The notes beneath the pieces were generated by a model, which was not told the origin of the DNA, made no database searches, and was given only the letters and a program-made list of their open reading frames with translations. Positions 30,916 through 39,900 of a stretch of DNA of 64,000 nucleotides are shown piece after piece. Source of the stretch: Coleofasciculus chthonoplastes F2-STO-03 (lineage in GTDB: Bacteria; Cyanobacteriota; Cyanobacteriia; Cyanobacteriales; Coleofasciculaceae); NCBI GenBank assembly GCA_040222015.1, contig JAVJWO010000216.1, positions 62,656 through 126,655 on the forward strand. Reading direction: 5' to 3'. How positions within the stretch are numbered: the first letter of the stretch is position 1; each line of letters opens with the position of its first letter. A program made the translations under genes and the position numbers.

Positions 30916-31332
30916 TTGATGATGAAAAAAATTAGCGCAATTGCCCTAATAATGGCGGTCTGGATACTCGGTAACTGTAGATTGGGGGTTACTCAAGCTG
31001 CCTCATCCAGTCAACGTCGTTCGTTTAAACAATGGTGTATTCAACAAGATAGTTTGTCCGATGAAGCGAAAAAAACAGTGGCGGTACTGTTAAACAAAGC
31101 AGGTACAAATAATTGTGAACAAGCTGATCATAATCTGTCAAGCCGCACTCAGCTTAACCTCAGAATCCAAAACATAACGGATATCCGCTTTAACCAAATC
31201 ACCGATATTAGCTCTCTTTCTGGATTAACGAATCTGATGAGGCTTTACCTTGAAGGCAATCCGATTATACCACCGACTTGTCCATCAACTTACTCATATA
31301 TTTGCTTTTGGGGAAATAGTGATGAGGAGTAA
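30916..31332 (+). CDS. Small secreted leucine-rich-repeat protein
   Basis: Signal peptide, SFKQWC cap, NQITDISSLSGLTNL.RLYL.GNPI. Confidence 0.75.
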   Translation: MMMKKISAIALIMAVWILGNCRLGVTQAASSSQRRSFKQWCIQQDSLSDEAKKTVAVLLNKAGTNNCEQADHNLSSRTQLNLRIQNITDIRFNQITDISSLSGLTNLMRLYLEGNPIIPPTCPSTYSYICFWGNSDEE

Positions 31333-31371
31333 ACTTGCCCTGCACCTTGTTTAATGACTCTCATGAAAGGC

Positions 31372-32367
31372 TTAATCACTGTTATCATTTCTCACTCTAC
31401 CATCTGGCATGATAGTATTGCAGAAATTCACTTCGGTTAAATTGGCATTTCGCAGGTTAGTATCTCGTAAATTTGCATAGCTTAAATCGGCATAAGACAA
31501 GTCAGCCTCTTCTAAATTGGCATGACATAGTTGGGCATCAGTCAAATCAGCACCATTGAGGTTGGCACTAGCTAAATTCGCATAACTAAAGTTAGCTGAT
31601 GTCAATTCTTCATCACTTAAATCGATACCCTTCAAGTTGGCATGACTAAAGTTAACTTCACTGAGTCCCCCAATAACGCTGAGGCGGAAATTATTTGGAA
31701 AATGACTGATGTAATAACTTAGATCAAAACCACTCAAATCAGCCCCAGACTCAATCAGTATTGCTCCCTTTTGAGTCAGGTCAACGTCAACTACAGCATT
31801 AATACAAGGTCCATAGAGAGTGCGTGTGAGTGTGGCGTCACTCAAATTGACTTTGATAAAACTACAAACCCCCGTTAAATTAGCACCCGTTAAGTTAGCC
31901 TTGCTCAGGTTGACATCATTTAACTTAACACTTACGGAGAAGCAAGCGTGAGTCAGAGAAGCTTGGCTGAGATTAGAACCCGACAGATTGACTTCCTCAA
32001 AATCAATGTTACTCAAATCTGCACCACTTAGGTCGCAGTTGTTCCAAGATGATTGAAGTGCAGACATACAATTTAGAGTTGCCCCAGTTAGAGAGGAATT
32101 TTTAATCAGAGTGTGATCGAAACAGACATTACTCAAATTAGCATAACTAAGATTGACCTGATCAAACTCTGCTCCCCCCATAAAATTTGCATGGCTTAAA
32201 TTGGCATAACTGAGATTTACCCTATGCAAGTTAACTCCCCCCAAATTGGTATGGCTTAAGTTTATGGCACTCAAGTCAACATTGCTGATGACCACGCCGT
32301 TTAAATCCACACCCGAAAAATCTCTTTTACCCGCTTGATAACATCTAATCAGTTCATCCTTGTTCAT
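31372..32367 (-). CDS. Pentapeptide repeat protein
   Basis: YQAGKRDFSGVDL start, A(N/D)LS repeats, TIMPDG end. Confidence 0.9.
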   Translation of the reverse strand: MNKDELIRCYQAGKRDFSGVDLNGVVISNVDLSAINLSHTNLGGVNLHRVNLSYANLSHANFMGGAEFDQVNLSYANLSNVCFDHTLIKNSSLTGATLNCMSALQSSWNNCDLSGADLSNIDFEEVNLSGSNLSQASLTHACFSVSVKLNDVNLSKANLTGANLTGVCSFIKVNLSDATLTRTLYGPCINAVVDVDLTQKGAILIESGADLSGFDLSYYISHFPNNFRLSVIGGLSEVNFSHANLKGIDLSDEELTSANFSYANLASANLNGADLTDAQLCHANLEEADLSYADLSYANLRDTNLRNANLTEVNFCNTIMPDGRVRNDNSD

Positions 32368-32646
32368 ATCATGCTCCCAGAATCGGAATGATTATACAAA
32401 ATCTAACAATTTATAATTTGCTCTTCACCTCACGTTACGTCAGGTTATCGGACGAATCCATTCCCATTGTTTTTACGTGTTTATCAGTTGGTATAGCCTG
32501 CTCATTTTAGCTGAATATTAGGGTGGCTTAATTCACCCGATACGTTCACCCAATCGGGTGAAGGTTAGCGAAATTGCTTTAGTTACGTTTATAAAAGTCC
32601 GATGAATCAGGATTTCATTGGTTCTAGTTAACCCAAGCATTTTGAA

Positions 32647-34365
32647 ATGCACAAAATAGGAATTTTGTCTAATTCAAACTTACTATTTAGCTTAGGAATT
32701 GGTGTAACAGCATCTTTAGCTGTGCTGACCCCGGCTCAAGCTCAGACAACTGCGTTCACGGATGTCTCATCGGAGCATTGGGCGCATGACTACATTGAGG
32801 TGCTAGCAGACCTCGATATCATCAAGGGATTTCCTGATGGAACATTTCGTCCAGGAGCGCAAATCACTCGGGCGCAGTTTGCGGCTATTTTGCGGCAGGC
32901 TTTCCTCGCGACAGAACCTGTTTCTGCCGTAAAATTCAGCGATGTTCCTCAGAATTATTGGGGATTTGCAGCCATTAATAAAGCTCGTGCTGCTGGCTTT
33001 TTGTCAGGTTATCCCGGCAACATCTTTAAACCTGAGCAACCTATTGCCCGGGTGCAAGCCTTGGTTTCTCTGGCAAACGGCTTAGGCTATACAAGCGATA
33101 GACCCGAATATCTGTTTTACTATACTGATGCCGATAGGATTCCAGATTACGCCCGCTCCAGCATCGTGGCAGCAACTCAAGCTCAACTGGTTGTCAACTA
33201 TCCGTCGTCGGCTAAGCTCACGCCTAATCGCTATGCCTCCCGTGCAGAAGTTGCAGCGTTTGTCCATCAGGCTCTGGTTCAGGAAAACCAAATTGAACCC
33301 CTGTCTTCAGCCCCCTACGTGATCAATCCTGCGGCTTTGCCAAGAATGCAGATTTCAACGATTCCGGCACAGGGAATGGTTAAATCTCTGGGCTTAAGTG
33401 CCTCCGGTGAGCGTTTAGTCATACTCAGCCCAGCCGCAGACATGATTCAAGTCTGGGAAACCCACAGCGCAGAGCGAGTCACCGAAATCGTCACCGACGG
33501 ACAAACCCGCTTCGAGACGGTGGCTATCAGTGGCGATGGCACTCAAGTGGCGGCTATCTTACAAACTCTACCCTCAAATGCGCTGGAACTGTGGTTGTGG
33601 AATGCAGACACAGGCGAGCAGCTATGGCAGAAATCCTTGGGCATTGCTCAAGGTCAACAACGCGATCAAAGCGGGTTTATCCGTGTTCCTGGGGCTAACT
33701 TGGTCTTTCGTCCCGGAGATGACGCCATCCTCAGCCAGGTCAGTTTGGGAGTTGATTCGGGGCAACCGATTGACGCTCAACTCCAGCTCTACAGCACAGC
33801 TACTGGCGAGGTATTGAAGTCTATAGGACAGACTCAGTGGTACAGGCAGATCGAGTTGAGTCCCGATGGAAAATTGCTAGCTGGAATACCATTCTCCGGG
33901 GAGATGATCGATATCTGGCAGTTAGACAGTGGCAGTCGCCTGCGTACTTTCACCTCTGAGAGCGATTACCACAGGTTTAGGAGGATGGTTTTCACGTCAA
34001 ATAGTCGCTTAAATGTACTGTCTACAAAACTTGAACCTCTTAAGAAACCGACTGTAAATCCCTCCGATAGAGTACAGCTTGATACTTGGAATGTCCTCAC
34101 AGGAGAATCCGTCCGGCAGATCACCGATTTGTCATGGGTCGATAAGTATCATAGCCTCAGCCGTCTCAGTCCTGATGGTGATCATTATCTAATGTTCAGT
34201 GTGCTATTGCCTAGGGTTCAGATGTACGGGTATGAGATCCAAAACCCCCACTCACCCATTCCTTTCAACGTCCGGGGTGGCTATCGAGCTGTCTTTAACG
34301 CTACAGGAGACTATGTAGCGGTTGCGACTTCTGAGGGGGTCAAGTTCTTTAGGTTTGATCTCTAA
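32647..34365 (+). CDS. S-layer homology (SLH) + WD40-like domain protein
   Basis: FTDV..HWA, GFPDGTFRP, ITRAQFAA; C-terminal SPDG..LA repeats. Confidence 0.88.
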   Translation: MHKIGILSNSNLLFSLGIGVTASLAVLTPAQAQTTAFTDVSSEHWAHDYIEVLADLDIIKGFPDGTFRPGAQITRAQFAAILRQAFLATEPVSAVKFSDVPQNYWGFAAINKARAAGFLSGYPGNIFKPEQPIARVQALVSLANGLGYTSDRPEYLFYYTDADRIPDYARSSIVAATQAQLVVNYPSSAKLTPNRYASRAEVAAFVHQALVQENQIEPLSSAPYVINPAALPRMQISTIPAQGMVKSLGLSASGERLVILSPAADMIQVWETHSAERVTEIVTDGQTRFETVAISGDGTQVAAILQTLPSNALELWLWNADTGEQLWQKSLGIAQGQQRDQSGFIRVPGANLVFRPGDDAILSQVSLGVDSGQPIDAQLQLYSTATGEVLKSIGQTQWYRQIELSPDGKLLAGIPFSGEMIDIWQLDSGSRLRTFTSESDYHRFRRMVFTSNSRLNVLSTKLEPLKKPTVNPSDRVQLDTWNVLTGESVRQITDLSWVDKYHSLSRLSPDGDHYLMFSVLLPRVQMYGYEIQNPHSPIPFNVRGGYRAVFNATGDYVAVATSEGVKFFRFDL

Positions 34366-34507
34366 AATTAGCCAAAAAACACTTACGATAGATAGCCTCC
34401 CATGATTTGCGATCGCTCTTGCATTCCTCGCATAGGCGCTGCTATCGACTGTATTTGACGCTCTGGCAAAGGCGCGATCGCGTTGTTATAGTAAAAGTAA
34501 AAAATGA

Positions 34508-34759
34508 GTGCTATTCGGATCAGGAGGTAATCCTATGGAATCAAAACCACGCACATTTAAAGAAACAACTCTACTGTTTCTAGGGGGCGCTGCTGCTGGA
34601 CTAATTATTTTTGCCCTATTCGGCGGTGTATGGCACGTCACTCACTTTTGGTGGGTGATGGCAGCAACTACACTATTCTGTGGTTTATTAGCCGTAGTGT
34701 TCCGTCAAAACTTCCAGAAAATGTTAAATGCTGTGATGGATAATGCTCCTTGGATTTAG
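34508..34759 (+). CDS. Small membrane protein
   Basis: Two hydrophobic helices; AGGAGG precedes the internal MESK ATG. Confidence 0.65.
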   Translation: MLFGSGGNPMESKPRTFKETTLLFLGGAAAGLIIFALFGGVWHVTHFWWVMAATTLFCGLLAVVFRQNFQKMLNAVMDNAPWI

Positions 34760-34777
34760 GAACATAAATAATAAAAT

Positions 34778-35191
34778 TTATGGTAATTTATAACTAGCCA
34801 CCCGTACCTTTAAGTCTCCCTCTTGGGGAGGGTGGCTAAAAATAAAGGCTCCTTCTTGAATTTCACCACTGGACAAAAAGTTAATCGTTTGTTCCCCTGA
34901 TTCTTGAACTCCTGCTGCTGTTGTGAGTTCCGCCATTACCTGAACAGATTCTGCTGTTCTTCCCCCGCTATTGGTGACGGTAAAGGGAACATAATATTGC
35001 ATTTCTACTTGGCGAATGTCTGTTTGTTTAACAGTTACACAGAGGATAGGGGGTTGACTGTCTCTACCCAGTCCTCTAAATGTGACCAGTCCCACAATTG
35101 TGATTAAGATGAACAGGGCTATTGTAAAGCTGACCCACTCCGCCGGGGAACGATGAGAGGAGTTCGCTTGATCGGAAGACTGATCACTCAT
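34778..35191 (-). CDS. TIGR02588-like protein
   Basis: AEWVSF, YYVPF.V.N.GG.TAE.VQV, VASY; paired with the adjacent membrane gene. Confidence 0.8.
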   Translation of the reverse strand: MSDQSSDQANSSHRSPAEWVSFTIALFILITIVGLVTFRGLGRDSQPPILCVTVKQTDIRQVEMQYYVPFTVTNSGGRTAESVQVMAELTTAAGVQESGEQTINFLSSGEIQEGAFIFSHPPQEGDLKVRVASYKLP

Positions 35192-35192
35192 A

Positions 35193-36137
35193 TCATATCG
35201 CTAAACGTCCAGCAGCACCGCCAATAGTGGCAGGTAGCCCTAATAACAGCGTATACCGTAACCACAAAAACCACGGATCACTCAAGCTAAGACGGTTGAA
35301 GAACCACAACATTAAAGCCGAAGCCAGCAGTGAAATCAAGTAGGAGAGAATAGTTTTCCCGATAGGCGTTGGCAAAATCCCTTGGAAGAGGCGGTGTTGG
35401 TGTTGGTTAGCAAAGCCAGCAGCAAAAACAATCCCGTAGGAAATGAATAGGGATGCGGCAATAATTATCAGTAGCCAAGGGGGTGAAGCTGAAGCCGCCA
35501 GGGTGGGAATTTCGTCAGTCGGAGCAATACTAAAGGCGACAATGATTGCACCGATTAAGGTGGCACTAATATCAGCTATCATCGTCCGAAAACCCAGTTT
35601 TTTGATCGGTTGTAAGTATTGACTGGATTCAGATTCAGCCGATTGTTCCGGCAGTAGCGATCGCGCCATGGCGACACCCAAGGAAAATGGTACACTCTCA
35701 AAAATTACTTTTCCCAATGCTTCATCAATGGGAGTTTCCCCGGTAATGCGACGCAGCAAAATTAGAATAAGTGTGGCACAAACAATGCCAATTGCCAAGG
35801 CTTCTACGCTTTCCATTGCCGCATGCACCATTCCGTCACGCCTGCTTTTGCGAAAGCCTTCACTGCGATTAAATAAAAATACTACCAGATAAGTAACACT
35901 GAGAATTCCTAGTAATACGATGGGTTCAATATAGGAACCAATCCACCAAACTTCCATTGTGTATAGCAGGGGAATGCCAAACAAAAATCCGCCCAAAATT
36001 CCTCGAACAATCTGATGTATTTCTTTTGACCAAGCCTGCGATTGCTGTCGTGTTTTGATCAGGTTTACCATGTTAATGCTATTAGCTCTATAAAAAATAG
36101 AGGGTCGCGAAGGGTCACCCCTTCCGCTTCTCCCCAA
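35193..36137 (-). CDS. TIGR02587-like membrane protein (start probably ATG 36071)
   Basis: GGFLFGIPLLYTMEVWWIG, IAPTDEI, IGGAAGRLA. Confidence 0.82.
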   Translation of the reverse strand: MGRSGRGDPSRPSIFYRANSINMVNLIKTRQQSQAWSKEIHQIVRGILGGFLFGIPLLYTMEVWWIGSYIEPIVLLGILSVTYLVVFLFNRSEGFRKSRRDGMVHAAMESVEALAIGIVCATLILILLRRITGETPIDEALGKVIFESVPFSLGVAMARSLLPEQSAESESSQYLQPIKKLGFRTMIADISATLIGAIIVAFSIAPTDEIPTLAASASPPWLLIIIAASLFISYGIVFAAGFANQHQHRLFQGILPTPIGKTILSYLISLLASALMLWFFNRLSLSDPWFLWLRYTLLLGLPATIGGAAGRLAI

Positions 36138-36330
36138 TCACAAATCACGAATTACCTGTCCTCAACTCTTCTTAAATGGGCAAAATACTGAGAATGATTT
36201 AGCGATGATAGAAGAAATTTTATTGGGTGAACCATGCATCAATCAACCTTCTTTCGATAGAGATACGATTACACTACTTATTAATAGAGCAAGGGTGTTC
36301 TTTTGAGAAAAACATTAGGGGAGGTAAAAC

Positions 36331-36849
36331 TTGGCTGCACTGGTTTCACTGTTGACTGTGGTAAGCTTATCGCTATTGATTACTCGCATTGCTACTGTGG
36401 CGCTGGCACTAACCGGACTGTCGCGGGAAGCGGCAAAGTTCCAGGCTCGTTCAGCGTTGACAGGGGTAGGCTTTACCACCAACGAAGCGGAACAAGTGGT
36501 TAGCCATCCGGTACGGCGTCGCATCTTGATGCTGTTGATGCTGCTAGGGAATGTGGGCGTGATCACCACGATTTCATCCCTAATCATGACATTTTTAAAC
36601 ACAGCGAGTAACCAGCAATGGCTAGTGCGATCGCTGATATTGGGGATAGGATTAGCGGTGCTGTGGATTTTAGCCACGAGTAAATGGGTTGACCGTTATT
36701 TGTCACGACTGATTAATTGGGCATTGCAGCGCTGGACGACGCTGAATGTGCAAGATTACGCCAGTTTGCTACATCTGTCTGGTGATTACACGGTAATGGA
36801 GATGGAAGTCCGCAATGCTACAATCAGAGGGGGTAAGGGGGAAAACTAG
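36331..36849 (+). CDS. Membrane protein of the TrkA-C-associated family, probably truncated
   Basis: TGLSREAAKFQARSALTGVGFTT.EAE, HPVRRRI; ends soon after EMEV. Confidence 0.65.
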   Translation: MAALVSLLTVVSLSLLITRIATVALALTGLSREAAKFQARSALTGVGFTTNEAEQVVSHPVRRRILMLLMLLGNVGVITTISSLIMTFLNTASNQQWLVRSLILGIGLAVLWILATSKWVDRYLSRLINWALQRWTTLNVQDYASLLHLSGDYTVMEMEVRNATIRGGKGEN

Positions 36850-36984
36850 GTTTGATTCGCCATAAATTAAGGTCAATCCGAAATAGATTAGCTACATTAA
36901 AAAAACTATTGATGGTAAACCTTAATCGAGCGCTGTACCGAATCAGGGCAGTTAGGGAAGCAAAATACCCCACATTACTAAGCG

Positions 36985-39900
36985 TTGAGGGACATGGCTA
37001 TGCAGTCGGAACAACAACAGCGAATCATGGGCTACTTTATGGAGGAGGCACAAGACCACCTCAATACCATAGAGCAAGGTTTGCTAAATCTGCAAAGCAC
37101 CATCGAAGACCCTGAGACGCTGAACGAAATGTTCCGCGCTGCTCATTCGGTCAAGGGCGGAGCAGCTATGTTGGGACTCAATAGCATTCATCAAACTGCC
37201 CATCGCCTAGAAGATTACTTCAAAGTCCTTCAAGACGTTCCACTTAAAGCAGATACTCAGTTAGAATCCCTGTTGCTGCGGGTTTTTGATACGCTCAGCG
37301 CTCTGTTAAACCAGCTTCAATCTTATGGCTTGACCGACGAAACGGCTAGCACCATTATGTCTGATGCTGAGCCTGTTTTTGAGCAACTCAATAGCTATCT
37401 ACAACAGTTAGCCCAAAACACCCAAACGGCTGGCGAGACTCCAACGGTCGCCAACTCATCTCCATCCTCTAGTAAAGGAACAAAAACCTTGCCTGCCACC
37501 TTTAAGCGAGATGTCCTGGTAGAACTGCGGGAGATGTTGCAACTGTATAAGCAGTCGGATACTTCCGAACATCGCCGCGCCCTGCAAGACCATTGCCAAC
37601 GGTTAATCGAATTAGGCGACCCATTAAACTTACCGGGGTGGGGTGAACTACTAGAGATATCAAAACGTGCGATCGCGAATCTCGAAAATTCCTATCGCTT
37701 ACTCGCTAGCGTCACCATTAAGGAAATTAAACAAGCTCAAGAATTAGTTCTGACTGGGCGATCCGCTGAGATTGTACCCAGTGAACAACTCAAAGCCCTT
37801 GCACCAGACGCGACAACAGTCGAATCAACGAGAGCATCTGATTCTAGCACCCATTCTTCCCCTCAACCAACTCCTGCAACCGAGGAATCTAACCAAAACC
37901 ACAAAGAAACCACCCATCTCCCTGATAGTCGAGATACCTATATCCAAGCCGAGGATACCTATATCCAAGACAAAAACGGCACCGGCAGGTTCAGACGCGA
38001 TCAACTCCAATTCTCGACGGTTCAATCCTCAAACTCTATCTCTCCCCTCTCTGATCAGGGCGAACCCGAAGTGGGTATTGCCGAACTCAATAGCTTAGCC
38101 GATATTTTTGAAACTCAAACACCTGATTTAGATCAAACTTGGCAAGAAGAAGAAGACGTTATCAACCTAAACGATAAATCCTTAAACTCGGATTCAGATG
38201 ATTTTCTGGATCTTGAAGACTCGAATGATTTTTCGGATTCAGATGATTTTCTGGATCTTGAAGACTCGAATGATTTTTCGGATCTAATTGGGGAGAGTGA
38301 GGATTTAGAGAATTCAACAGCCGATGATGCGTTAATGCAAGGGTTAGGCGATGACTTCGCCCCAGACGCGATCGCAAATCCTCAAGCCTCAAAAGAATCA
38401 TCGGATTCCCTTGATTTCTCATCCAGCTTGACCGATGACTTTTCTGATCTACTATTTGAGTCAGATAGCTCAGAGGATTCAGACCAGATGAGTCACTCTG
38501 GCGATGACTTGAATAGTTTATTTGGTGATGGTGAGAGTTTCTTTGACGAGGAAGGAGAAGCTTCGTCAGCGGAAATTCTCAGTCATTCCGAACTTGAGGA
38601 CTTGGATGTAGAGGAGAACTTGCCTCAATCCTCCCTTCAGGGCGATGAAACAGTCTCAGAGTCAGACTTTGACTTTGATGACCTGCTAGAAATTTCCAGC
38701 ACTGAGGAAAATCCCAGACCCCTGGGAGAATCAGTCAATCAGGACGATTTAGAGCTGGAAGACTATCTAGAAAGTAATGATTTAGATCGAGAAAACCAGT
38801 TAGACAATAACAATCAAGCTGAAACAATCGACATCGAATCAGCAACACCAGAAGCGGGGGATGTATCAAATCCATTTGAAGAAACATCTCTCGACGATTT
38901 TGATCAAGAAGCTTGGGAAGACTCAGAAGACCTCCCCGATTTTGAGGCGCTCAATGACTTCTTTGATTCAGAACCTGGAGTTGAATCAACACCAGTCGAT
39001 AGCTTGACTGAGCCAGAAAACGATTCTATCATTGAACTGCCTACATCCACGGATGAAGTGTTATTGAATGAAAGCACAAGTTCAGCCCAAAAGGATGGAG
39101 ATAGTTCGGAGTCATTGTTTGAGGAAGAAGGCGACGAAATCCTGCCAGAAGTAACAGAAGATGTCACCGAAATTTTTGCTGAAGAGGGTGAAGAGTCACA
39201 AGGCTCAACGGCACAGGTAGAAGATTTTGATATCGATTGGTTAACGGATGAATCTCAAGGGACACAACAACCGTGGACATCGGAAACTGAATCAGCAGCT
39301 AATCTATTTGGCGATTGGGAAACACCACAGGCTCCATCTAACGAAGATTTAGACGATTTATTTTTATTTGCCGAAGAGGAGGCAGAAGCCACCCCAAGTA
39401 CCCAGTCAGAGGATTTAGATGAAGATTGGTTAACGGATGAATCTGTAGAGACACCGCAACCGGAAACATCGGACAGCGCCGCCGATATATTCGGAGATGA
39501 GGAAATCCCCGAAACAGCATCGAGGGAAGACTTAGACGACTTATTTGCCGAAGAGGAGGCAGAAGCCGCCCCAAGTACCCAGCCAGAGGATTTAGAGGCA
39601 GATTGGTTAACCGATGAGTCTCAAGAGATAGAACAACCGGAAACATCGGGCAGCGCCGCCGATCTATTTGGGGATTGGGACATCCCAGAAACATCATCGA
39701 GGGAAGACTTAGACGACTTTTTTGCCGAAGAGGAGGCAGAAGCATCTCCAAGTACCCAGCCAGAGGATTTAGATGAAGATTGGTTAACCGATGAGTCTCA
39801 AGAGATAGAACAACCGGAAACATCGGACACCCAAGCAGATGTATGGGAGGAGTGGGAAACCCCAGAAAAAACACCGAGGGAAGACTTAGACGACTTATTT